This document shows, piece by piece, positions 17,084-25,664 of a DNA stretch of 25,664 nt; within the stretch, counting starts at the first letter, position 1; each line of letters opens with the position of its first letter. The notes beneath the pieces are model-generated. The model was not told the DNA's origin, made no database searches, and worked only from the letters and a program-made list of their open reading frames with translations. The translations under genes and the position numbers were made by a program. The DNA comes from a virus (taxonomy: Duplodnaviria; Caudoviricetes), in IMG/VR virus record IMGVR_UViG_3300009091_000056, positions 1 to 25,664 of that record; one strand, given 5' to 3'.

Positions 17084-17105
17084 GGTCCTAATCAAGGATT
17101 TTTTT
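17084..17105 (+). terminator. Weak hairpin plus T-tract after the tail tube gene (copy 2)
   Basis: GGTCCT-AATCA-AGGATT (17084-17100) running into T7 (17099-17105). Confidence 0.5.
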
Positions 17106-17133
17106 AATAACAAATAATTGGAGGTTAATCAAA

Positions 17134-17559
17134 ATGGCTTTATTAAACAGAGAACTTCTTCTAAAGAGAGAAGTATTGGAAGTAACCCGGGTAGACTTAG
17201 GCCCGGATGAATTTGTTTTCGTACGTCAAATGACGGGACGTGAACGTGATGTGTTTGAACAGTCCTTGTTAAAGAAGAATAGGGATGGAAAGGGAACAAT
17301 CATAGGTTATGAACAATCTACTGAGGACTTCCGTGCTAAATTGGCTGTGGTTACCATATGTGATGAAGAAGGTAACCTATTACTGAGACCGGGAGATTTC
17401 TCAGTATTGAGTCAAAGTATGAGTGCAAGGAAACTGGAAAAAATTATAAATGTTGCCCAGAAAATAAATGCAATATCAGAGGAAGATAAGGAGGCAATAG
17501 TAAAAAACTCAGATGCCGTCCCGGACGGCAATTCCAGTTTAGACTCTGTAGAGAGTTAG
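17134..17559 (+). CDS. Tail assembly chaperone (gpG-like)
   Basis: VFVRQMTGRERD.FE and RAKL....ICDEEGN.L motifs; between tube and tape measure genes; GGAGGT RBS. Confidence 0.82.
   Translation: MALLNRELLLKREVLEVTRVDLGPDEFVFVRQMTGRERDVFEQSLLKKNRDGKGTIIGYEQSTEDFRAKLAVVTICDEEGNLLLRPGDFSVLSQSMSARKLEKIINVAQKINAISEEDKEAIVKNSDAVPDGNSSLDSVES
17502..17530 (+). promoter_or_regulatory. -1 programmed ribosomal frameshift signal
   Basis: A AAA AAC heptamer (17502-17508) in correct X XXY YYZ phase, 5-nt spacer, hairpin TGCCGTC-CCG-GACGGCA (17514-17530). Confidence 0.85.
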
Positions 17560-17966
17560 GTATTATCCATCCAGATTACCTATTGGATGGAACGGTTGAT
17601 GTTTACAGGATCTTTGGTGTTCCTTTTATGGTGAGAATCAGAAAAGGATTAACATTAAACCAATTGATTGAATGGGAAGCATACGACAGGTTAGATCCAA
17701 TAGGTACATGGAGGGACGATTTTAGGATTGCGGCTTTAGATACCATAGTAACAAATTTGGCTATTGATATACATGGAAAGAAAGGTTCAAAACATAAAGA
17801 GATATCAGATTTTATGCCAGATTGGTCAGGTGAAGGTAAAGTGAAAAAGATGCAGAGTGTAGAAGAAATGAAAGAATTCCTTTTAGGTTTTGCAAAGAAA
17901 CAAAATAAAAGAATAGGTATTCAATCCAAAAAGGTAACACCTAATAAAACAAAGAGAAATGGCTGA
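17508..17966 (+). CDS. gpT-like C-terminal part of the G-T frameshift chaperone
   Basis: The -1 frame is open from the slippery site (LRCRPGRQFQFRLCRELGIIHPDYLL...EWEAYDRLDPIG.WRDD) into the ORF called at 17583. Confidence 0.82.
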   Translation, partial: LRCRPGRQFQFRLCRELGIIHPDYLLDGTVDVYRIFGVPFMVRIRKGLTLNQLIEWEAYDRLDPIGTWRDDFRIAALDTIVTNLAIDIHGKKGSKHKEISDFMPDWSGEGKVKKMQSVEEMKEFLLGFAKKQNKRIGIQSKKVTPNKTKRNG

Positions 17967-20900
17967 CATGGGTTCGATGTATGCTACCTTGGGCATACGA
18001 TTAAAGGGAATTGCAGAGGCTCAGAAGACTATGCAGAATATGCTTCGTTCTGTACAGAGAGAAGCGGATAGGACGAGATCCAGATTACAGGCTTTGGAAA
18101 CTCAAGCAAAATCTACAGGAGATAAAACAAAGAATACTTTCAGGGGTATGCCTGCTGCAATTGCTCCTGTTACAAAATCAATAGATCAGCTTTCCGCATC
18201 AATATTTGCTTCAGCTCAAAGGTGGAGAACCTTTGGATATTTAGCATCCATTGTATTGACTGCTCCAATGGTAATGGCAGGTAAGGCAGCATTAAAAACA
18301 GCTTCCGATTTTGAATATGCTATGAATAAGGTTGTAGGATTAGTTGGAATGCCTCGTGAGGAAATGGAGAAGTTCAAACAGGAAATAATAAAAATGGGTC
18401 CAGAGGTAGGACAATCCATTCAAGCATTAGCGGAAGCATTTTACTATATCACATCTGCCGGGTTTAAAGAAGGAACAGAGGCAATGAAAATATTAGGGAC
18501 TGCAGCAAAGATGTCCACTGCTGGAATGGGAGAAGCAGCGGATATTGCAAAACTGTTGGTATTTTCTATGAATGCCTACAAGAAAGAAGGATTAACTTCT
18601 ACAAGAGCAGCAGATGTGTTTACGGCAGCGGTTAGGGAGGGTGCTATTGAAGCAGATGGATTTTCTACTGCTATGCAATCAGTATTGCCTATTGCTTCAG
18701 CCATGGGACTTGGTATTGAGCAGGTGGCAGGTTCTATGGCTGCTATGTCATTACAAGGAGCTTCTGCAGCAAATGCTGCTACATATTTAAAAGGTATGCT
18801 TAACTCTTTATTAAAAATCAAACCAGGAAGTGGAGCAGCAAAAGCATTAAAAGAGTTTGGAGTAACAGCAGAAGATTTGTATGCTACATTAAAACAAGAA
18901 GGAGGTTTATTAAAGGTACTGGTTCAGTTACAAGACCTTTCAAATAGGACGACAGGTAATATGTTCTTGAAGAGTATTTTTAGGGACATTAGAGGTATGA
19001 CAGGAGCTTTGTCATTGGTTGGACAGAACTTAGAATATAATGACAAGGTTATGAAGAGTGTAGCTGCTGCAAATGGTGATTATGGAAGGTCATTTAGTGC
19101 TGTTGCTCAAGGAATGGATAAGAGAATAAAATCCATGAAATCTACAATGGAGACAATTCGAAATACATTTGGAGAATCCTTTGGTCAGATTATGTTACCT
19201 GTATTAGAATTTCTTGTAAAGATATTAAAATCCATTGTTACCTGGTTTGATAATCTTAGTGACGGTTTAAAGAAGTCCATTGTCTATGCAGGTGCCCTTG
19301 TAGCTGCAATAGGTCCATTAGCTTTATTAGGTAGTGTTTTAAAATATGCATATGGTGGATTCTTTATGACTTTCATTAAATGGATCAGGGCATCCAGACT
19401 TGCTGTAAAAGGATTAACAGGAGATCTTGTTGCAATGGAGACCGCAGCGAAAACAGCTCCTTGGATTACTAATTCTATTAAAGCATTCGCTGCATATAAA
19501 TTAGCCGTTGGTGGATGGAAGGGTGTAATGCTTGGTGCTACCAAAACATTGGCAAACTTTGGTAGAGTAGCATTAGGTTCAGGAATAGGGGCTCTTGCTG
19601 CTGGAATAGCATTTGGAACTATTAAGATTATTAAATTCCATAAAGAAGCTAAAAGGGCTTACCAAGAAAGTGACATCTTTAATACAACGATGATCAAGGT
19701 TAATGATACAATGAAAAAGTTCAATGAAATCACCTCTGAGGATATTGGAATGATGACATTGGATGAGATGACACAAAATCAAGAGAAGGCAAGGAAGGTA
19801 TGGGAACAGGCCTACAGGATGTATAACCAGTTCCAGGAGAATAAAAAGATGGCTAATCAAAGTGATAGAGTAAATAACAAACTTGCTAAGGAACAACTTG
19901 AAAATCTAAATTTTGCCAAAAAGGCGTATGAAGATATTGGTACTGCTATTACTGCATATAAGAAGAGAATGGAGGAGGCAAGAAAAGCTGCAATAGCCCT
20001 ACAGGCGGAAGAGGATGCAGAGGAAGTGGTTACATATAATAATGAGTTACAGGCTATTTGGAATGATATGATGGATGCCATGGCTGGATTACAAACAATG
20101 GCAACAATCAATAAAGATCTGGGAAAACCATTTGATTTAGCAGATGAGCAAGCTAAAAAACTTACAAGTACCTTGGAAACACTTGTAGGTGAGAAGTGGA
20201 AATTAACCATAGAGCATCCTATGATTAAATCACTGATTGTTTGGTTGAAAGAATTAGGTATTGATTTTACTGAAGTAGGACAGGCTTCTTCCAAATTTAT
20301 GAATGAGCTCAATGCTGATCTTGCTGCAATAGACATGAAGAAATTAATACTTGGTCCAGATTTTGATAGGAATACAGCCAAGTTGGATGTCTATACGAAA
20401 GCAGTAGATCAGTATATTAATATATTAACAACACCTATAGATTCCTCTGGGTTAATATTAACGCCTACACCAGACCAATTAAAGAAACTCGATGAGTTAA
20501 TTGGGGGAATGAATAAGTACAGTAAGGTAGTACAAGATGCTGTAGATAAGGAGACATTAGACATCCTTAATGCAGAGGCTAATGCTTTTGGTAATCTGGC
20601 AGGTAAGATAGAGGTTGTACGTTACAAACTACAAGCAGCCGAACGTGATTTGCGGGCTTTATTTCTTAAGAAAAACAAAGGTCTTGTCTCTGAGGAAGAA
20701 ATACAGAATGCTATTCGTAATATTCAGAAGTTACAAACGGCTATGATTGATTTGGAAGCAAAGTCTGAGATGACACATCTGCAGAACATGAATGATGTAA
20801 TGGGTACCGCCAGTTCCGCTTCTGATTTGCTTTCTGGATATATGTCTGTATTGGATAGTAAATTGAGGTACCTTTCAGATACAGGTAAGGGTGCTACAAT

Positions 20901-21942
20901 GCAATTCAAAATTCTTGCTGAGGAGTTAAGAAGTATGCAGTGGCTCGATAAAGGTATAGGGATGTTGACGGATACCTTTGATGGGTTTGTTGATATCATT
21001 ATAGAAGGAGGAGATGAAACCCAAACACTTGGAGAAAAGCTGGATAAGTTTATATTACAAACATTAAAAGATATTGTTGCTGAGATGATAAAAGCAGCAG
21101 CCAAGGCTCTTATTCTACAAGCAGCCATGTCTCGGATAAAAGGAACAAATATGGATGTTGGTGCCTCCTTAATGGAAAGCATAGAGGGAGGAATTAAAAT
21201 GTTAATGGAAGGATTCAATAAGAAGAATACAATTCCAATACCGGGACTTATAGCACCAACACAGAACATTGGTGGAATTGGTGAAAAAGCAAATATATCC
21301 AGTCTAAGTGGAATCACAGGTATTGCCAATCTTTTTAAGCCTAAGGAAATTGAAAACACTACCAAGGCTTTAGAGGGATTAACCAATGCAACAGATACAT
21401 ATAATGGAATTATAGGAGGAACTCCTGCATTAATGGAAGGAGTTGCAAAAGCCACTAAAATGTTAGGTACAGCACAGGCAGCAAGTACAATGGCAACTAA
21501 GGCTGTGACGGCAGTAGATGCTGCCTCTATTCCTGTTAAAGAGGCTTCGGCAACAGCTTCCTTTACGGAGGCAGGGGCATCTATGATGAAGGGTGCTGCC
21601 AAGATACCTTTCCCATTAAACATGCTTGCCATTGCGGCCAGTGTTGCCCTTGTTCTTGGTTCTATTGCTGCAATAATGGCGGCTTCTAAGATGGCAAAAG
21701 GTGGAGAAATTCCTCCTGGTTATCCTAATGATACTTTCCCGGCTTGGCTTACATCTGGAGAAACAGTTATTCCAAAAGGAGGAATGAGTGCTCTATTAGA
21801 AAATTCATTTAACAATATACTTCCATTGGATAAGATAAAAACAAAAGAACCTGAATTTGAAGGTGTTGTACGTTTTGAAATAGAAGGGGATAGGTTAGTT
21901 GGTATATTAAAGAAACAAGGTAAGAAATTATCAATATATTAA
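17959..21942 (+). CDS. Tape measure protein (TP901-like core)
   Basis: 1327 aa, Ala/Lys-rich helical; DFEYAMNKV, AEAFYYITSAG and C-terminal MAKGG...LTSGETVIP; follows the chaperones. Confidence 0.92.
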   Translation: MADMGSMYATLGIRLKGIAEAQKTMQNMLRSVQREADRTRSRLQALETQAKSTGDKTKNTFRGMPAAIAPVTKSIDQLSASIFASAQRWRTFGYLASIVLTAPMVMAGKAALKTASDFEYAMNKVVGLVGMPREEMEKFKQEIIKMGPEVGQSIQALAEAFYYITSAGFKEGTEAMKILGTAAKMSTAGMGEAADIAKLLVFSMNAYKKEGLTSTRAADVFTAAVREGAIEADGFSTAMQSVLPIASAMGLGIEQVAGSMAAMSLQGASAANAATYLKGMLNSLLKIKPGSGAAKALKEFGVTAEDLYATLKQEGGLLKVLVQLQDLSNRTTGNMFLKSIFRDIRGMTGALSLVGQNLEYNDKVMKSVAAANGDYGRSFSAVAQGMDKRIKSMKSTMETIRNTFGESFGQIMLPVLEFLVKILKSIVTWFDNLSDGLKKSIVYAGALVAAIGPLALLGSVLKYAYGGFFMTFIKWIRASRLAVKGLTGDLVAMETAAKTAPWITNSIKAFAAYKLAVGGWKGVMLGATKTLANFGRVALGSGIGALAAGIAFGTIKIIKFHKEAKRAYQESDIFNTTMIKVNDTMKKFNEITSEDIGMMTLDEMTQNQEKARKVWEQAYRMYNQFQENKKMANQSDRVNNKLAKEQLENLNFAKKAYEDIGTAITAYKKRMEEARKAAIALQAEEDAEEVVTYNNELQAIWNDMMDAMAGLQTMATINKDLGKPFDLADEQAKKLTSTLETLVGEKWKLTIEHPMIKSLIVWLKELGIDFTEVGQASSKFMNELNADLAAIDMKKLILGPDFDRNTAKLDVYTKAVDQYINILTTPIDSSGLILTPTPDQLKKLDELIGGMNKYSKVVQDAVDKETLDILNAEANAFGNLAGKIEVVRYKLQAAERDLRALFLKKNKGLVSEEEIQNAIRNIQKLQTAMIDLEAKSEMTHLQNMNDVMGTASSASDLLSGYMSVLDSKLRYLSDTGKGATMQFKILAEELRSMQWLDKGIGMLTDTFDGFVDIIIEGGDETQTLGEKLDKFILQTLKDIVAEMIKAAAKALILQAAMSRIKGTNMDVGASLMESIEGGIKMLMEGFNKKNTIPIPGLIAPTQNIGGIGEKANISSLSGITGIANLFKPKEIENTTKALEGLTNATDTYNGIIGGTPALMEGVAKATKMLGTAQAASTMATKAVTAVDAASIPVKEASATASFTEAGASMMKGAAKIPFPLNMLAIAASVALVLGSIAAIMAASKMAKGGEIPPGYPNDTFPAWLTSGETVIPKGGMSALLENSFNNILPLDKIKTKEPEFEGVVRFEIEGDRLVGILKKQGKKLSIY

Positions 21943-21946
21943 TCAC

Positions 21947-24900
21947 ATGGCTTACGAAATAAAATATCGATCAGTCTTTTATAATCATTTCCACAAGAAT
22001 GTTAATGTGGCGATTTATAAGAAAGATTATGTAGGTGGTATAATAGATATTCGTACTACTGAAGTATCTATTGAAAGTAATTATGCCGATGATGAGACTC
22101 CAATCATAGGTAGAGGAGCAAAAGTGGTAATTGCAGCGGATGAAACGAATATGGTATATCTGGAGGATTTACTTCTTTCTACTGAAAGGGAATTCATGTG
22201 CATTATTTTATATGATGGTACGGTGGTATTTAGAGGATTTACTATTTGTGATATAAATGAACGTCAATTATTACCATATGCTGCAATTATAGTTCAATTT
22301 ACAGATTATCTTCATAGGGTAGAAGGGGAGTATCCTAAGATACTCAGTGATATAGGTGGAACAACTGATCTCTATTCATTGATTAATAATTTACTTGAAG
22401 TAACCAATTTAGAGTTTCCTTTACTTGTTAATTCGACTCTATTTGAAGATACTATGAATAAAGGTACGTCGGATACTTTTCTTCCTCAAACCTATGTTCA
22501 GAATTGTGTATTCTATAATGACTCTTATTCATATGATAATGTATATGACGCAATGAATAAAGCCCTCAAATCATTTGGTGGTTTCATATACAGTTTTGGT
22601 GATAGGTGGATATTAGAGAGGCAGGAGGATATTACTCGTGAGGGGAATTGGGTGAAGTATAGTGAACAAATTACCGCTGGAAGTATCAACTCTGCTGCAA
22701 TACTATTTGATAAGAATCATTCAGATTTCTTTAAAGATAATTATCAAGTAGATATTACTCATTCAGGTGCTACTATAACCTTTACAGGTAATTATAATTT
22801 TGGTGAAGTGTATATTAATAACACATCAGGAAACTTGACAGGATCAGTAAATCCTTCCCAAAATTATGCACTTGGACAAAGTGCGATAGATAGAATCTAT
22901 CCAGGTTCTGGTGTTGGTTACTTGGTAATATACCGTACCATACAAACTACTTTATACCTTAATTCAGGAGAAGATACTCATACGGCTTGTATGAATTATT
23001 ATGATGATAATTGGCTTGAACTTTCTCTTGCTGGAGTAACCTTAACATACGCTGAGGATAGTGATGGTTGGTATGTTCAATTTGTATTTGATGGTGATAT
23101 CTATACGGAATTTGATGAGGAAGGAGCTTTAACAGGAGAACTGGTAAATATTCAGAGTTGGATTGAAACACTTCAACATATAAGAATCGTTACATTATCA
23201 GGAACGACGGGAACGGCTGATATAACTTGTTGTTCACAGGTAAAAGAAGTAGCAATACCAACCTCTACAGAGTTGATAGTAGCTCCTGCAACTTCTTTGA
23301 AGGAAACATATAATAAACAAGATGGAGATTTTGAATATGTAGATCTCAGTCAAATAATTGAATATGATTCAGGATTACATACTCTTATCTTATCATTGAG
23401 GGACAAACTTTTAGACACTCTTGTATTTAATAATTGGCCTGCACCTGATGCTATTCTTAGAACAACACATGCCTTTCCTGATAGTGCTGATAATCTTCTC
23501 TATCGTAATTGGTATGTTCATGAGGATATTTCAGCCATCACTGTTGGAGAGGATACACATGGTATTAACCAATGGGTTCATTATACTAATGCTCTTGGTA
23601 CAGGTGCAGATTTTAATCCGGGTTGGGCTTATAAATTTGCAGTATATGCTAATCAAGATTCTGAAGCAGCGGATACAATTCTTTCTGTTAAATTTAGTAT
23701 GTCTGCTGATTTCTCCATTGCTGATGTATTTAAGGTTGGCCTTCATTTTATGTTAAGAATAATAGGAGGTCCGTTGGATAATGCCTTCCTTACATTTGGT
23801 GGTCCTATTGGTCTGGCAGGTTCTGGTTGGGGAGATCCATGGGGGGTTATAGGAACTCCTGCATTAAATTTATTTGATTCCAATTCTATGTATTATGCAC
23901 AATATGCACAATGTAGGACTACTCAGGTGGTTAATATAGCTGGAGATAATCCTCCTGAGAAATGGGATTTTTCACAAGACTTTAATCTTGAAGATTTTCC
24001 TGTTCGTCGTTATAATGTTTCTTCTACCACCTATACACAGTATACAAATCTTTGGGCTTTATTAGGGAATCCAGAATATCAAATGTTTGAAGCTATATTT
24101 TTACCACCAACATATACTCTTTCTAAAAGCAGTGATCCACGAACTGTTTCCCGATATACCCATTTATTTCCAGAGGCATATCTGGGGGATATACAAGTAA
24201 CGGTAAATGCTGAAAAAATAAATAACAAAATTACCTATGTACTAAATGAAGATTTTGTAAAGACACAGGAAGTAGATTTGTATTTATTTGATTTGGAAAA
24301 TTTAAACTACGGTAATGCTCTTTTAAAAACAGATGGTCTTTTAAGAACAAAGACATGGATATCAGAAAACAATATTACTCCTGCTCCTTTATATGAAGTA
24401 TTTGCTAAATGCAAATTTCGTAAGTATGGACATACCATTCATCGTTTAAAAGGTACAATACTTTGTGATCACAGACTTAAACCATTTGCTATTCTAACAG
24501 ATGATACTATCTTAAATGATAATAAGGTACCTATTACATTCCTTTTGAATGGATATACCTGGGATCTAAACAGAGGTACGTATGATATAGAAGCAGAAGA
24601 ATATACAGAAGAAACGGTTGTTGTAGATGGTATTGAATATGACTCTGAAGGAAATCCAGTATATTCTATTCCAGAGACTCCAACAGCACTTGCTACTCAT
24701 ATGTCACCAATATATCCTCATCCATTTTTAATTACCTGGCATCCTGTTGGTACTGGAATACAAGGATATCGTTTAATGAGAAATCCATGGTGGGATGATG
24801 ATGAGGAGGCATGGGTTGATGAATGGAAATTAATATATGATGGAACAGCTACAAGATATTTTGATTTTGTAATTGGAGCAAATGATATGGTAAATAATCC

Positions 24901-24997
24901 ATCATATCCTAAAACTATTTATTGGAAAGTATGTGCCTATAATCATTTAGGGGAAAGTCCTTTCAGTAGCAATGAAGATACTGATTGGTATCCATAG
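21947..24997 (+). CDS. Large tail-tip/hub protein with C-terminal FN3-like domain
   Basis: 1016 aa directly after the tape measure gene; C-terminal PETPTAL...ITW...GYRL...Y.D...YWKVCAYN..GES.FS is FN3-like. Confidence 0.65.
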   Translation: MAYEIKYRSVFYNHFHKNVNVAIYKKDYVGGIIDIRTTEVSIESNYADDETPIIGRGAKVVIAADETNMVYLEDLLLSTEREFMCIILYDGTVVFRGFTICDINERQLLPYAAIIVQFTDYLHRVEGEYPKILSDIGGTTDLYSLINNLLEVTNLEFPLLVNSTLFEDTMNKGTSDTFLPQTYVQNCVFYNDSYSYDNVYDAMNKALKSFGGFIYSFGDRWILERQEDITREGNWVKYSEQITAGSINSAAILFDKNHSDFFKDNYQVDITHSGATITFTGNYNFGEVYINNTSGNLTGSVNPSQNYALGQSAIDRIYPGSGVGYLVIYRTIQTTLYLNSGEDTHTACMNYYDDNWLELSLAGVTLTYAEDSDGWYVQFVFDGDIYTEFDEEGALTGELVNIQSWIETLQHIRIVTLSGTTGTADITCCSQVKEVAIPTSTELIVAPATSLKETYNKQDGDFEYVDLSQIIEYDSGLHTLILSLRDKLLDTLVFNNWPAPDAILRTTHAFPDSADNLLYRNWYVHEDISAITVGEDTHGINQWVHYTNALGTGADFNPGWAYKFAVYANQDSEAADTILSVKFSMSADFSIADVFKVGLHFMLRIIGGPLDNAFLTFGGPIGLAGSGWGDPWGVIGTPALNLFDSNSMYYAQYAQCRTTQVVNIAGDNPPEKWDFSQDFNLEDFPVRRYNVSSTTYTQYTNLWALLGNPEYQMFEAIFLPPTYTLSKSSDPRTVSRYTHLFPEAYLGDIQVTVNAEKINNKITYVLNEDFVKTQEVDLYLFDLENLNYGNALLKTDGLLRTKTWISENNITPAPLYEVFAKCKFRKYGHTIHRLKGTILCDHRLKPFAILTDDTILNDNKVPITFLLNGYTWDLNRGTYDIEAEEYTEETVVVDGIEYDSEGNPVYSIPETPTALATHMSPIYPHPFLITWHPVGTGIQGYRLMRNPWWDDDEEAWVDEWKLIYDGTATRYFDFVIGANDMVNNPSYPKTIYWKVCAYNHLGESPFSSNEDTDWYP

Positions 24998-25011
24998 TAA
25001 AACCTTAAGAG

Positions 25012-25664
25012 ATGGCAATATATATTTATAAGTATTTGGAGTATGCTCCCTGGGATGTGGAGGGTGTAGGGGTATCTCGACATACTGGTGGAGGTTCTGC
25101 CGGTAGGGGGGCTGATGTTGCTTGTGATTTATCTGCCTATTATACCAAATCACAATTATCTACTCCCAGCAGTTCAAGAATACATTATTCCAATATTATT
25201 TATGATGGAATGATGATTGGATATTCTGATGGAGTTGCTACGGTTTCTGGAAGATTAGGACCATTGGGAGCAAGCAGAGGATCTATAGAAGGAGTTGCTA
25301 CCGTAACAGGGTTCTTGAAAGCTAAAGATCATCTGGTGGGATCTTCAAATGGAGTTGCAAGTGTTACTGCTTTCTTGCATCCATTATTTGGTACAGGGGA
25401 AGCATATACATTTGAAGATTCTATTGTCGAAGATTCTTCCAATATAGTAACATTGGTAAATGATGTAGCATCTCCAGGAGTAAATAAAGTTTATGGGACA
25501 GATGGTGCAGGAGTAAGAGCGTGGGTAGATGCAACGATAGGATCTCAAGGTGTACAAGGTACTCAAGGAATACAAGGTCCAGCTCAAGGATTGCAGGGTG
25601 TTCAAGGAACTACCGGTGCTGGTACTCAAGGCATACAAGGTAATCAAGGCACTCAAGGCATACA
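25012..25664 (+). CDS. 3'-truncated collagen-like tail fibre protein (absent from the ORF track)
   Basis: ATG 25012, open to the window end: MAIYIYKYLEY...three 20-aa Gly-rich repeats...GSQGVQGTQGIQG. Confidence 0.82.
   Translation, partial: MAIYIYKYLEYAPWDVEGVGVSRHTGGGSAGRGADVACDLSAYYTKSQLSTPSSSRIHYSNIIYDGMMIGYSDGVATVSGRLGPLGASRGSIEGVATVTGFLKAKDHLVGSSNGVASVTAFLHPLFGTGEAYTFEDSIVEDSSNIVTLVNDVASPGVNKVYGTDGAGVRAWVDATIGSQGVQGTQGIQGPAQGLQGVQGTTGAGTQGIQGNQGTQGI
25540..25664 (+). repeat. Collagen-like (G-X-Q)n coding repeat
   Basis: 9-nt periodic CAAGGN; GSQGVQGTQGIQGPAQGLQGVQGTTGAGTQGIQGNQGTQGI. Confidence 0.92.

Noticed and set aside
20724-21632. 302-aa minus-strand ORF and the other antisense or shadow ORFs
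   Set aside because: They lie opposite or within well-supported plus-strand genes, have no recognisable motifs, and are expected from codon bias in Ala/Gly-rich regions.

Overview
AT-rich, densely coded, all-plus-strand virion (late) region of a tailed, siphovirus-like dsDNA phage; several signals suggest a Bacteroidota/FCB host (inference). Gene order: 5'-truncated ~1000-aa fibre-like protein (LRR-like part plus a 20-aa Gly-rich repeat scaffold with two inserted carbohydrate-binding-like domains), small Ig/BppU-like protein, putative lysis cassette, terminator, portal, MuF-like protein, DUF2213-like protease with nested scaffold, decoration protein, HK97-fold major capsid protein. A translationally coupled ~4.4-kb cassette follows (small ORF, Maf/sialyltransferase-like, GT-B, O-methyltransferase, two GT-A, sulfotransferase). 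Then come neck genes, tail tube, G/GT chaperones with a -1 frameshift, tape measure, a large tail-tip protein and a 3'-truncated collagen-like fibre missing from the ORF track. The best candidate for an undescribed system is a phage-encoded pathway that could put a sulfated, methylated, possibly nonulosonate-capped glycan on the virion. Also notable is a covarying hairpin (CT-AATCA-AG core) placed identically after the capsid and tail-tube genes. All family calls are by-eye motif recognition, not database searches.
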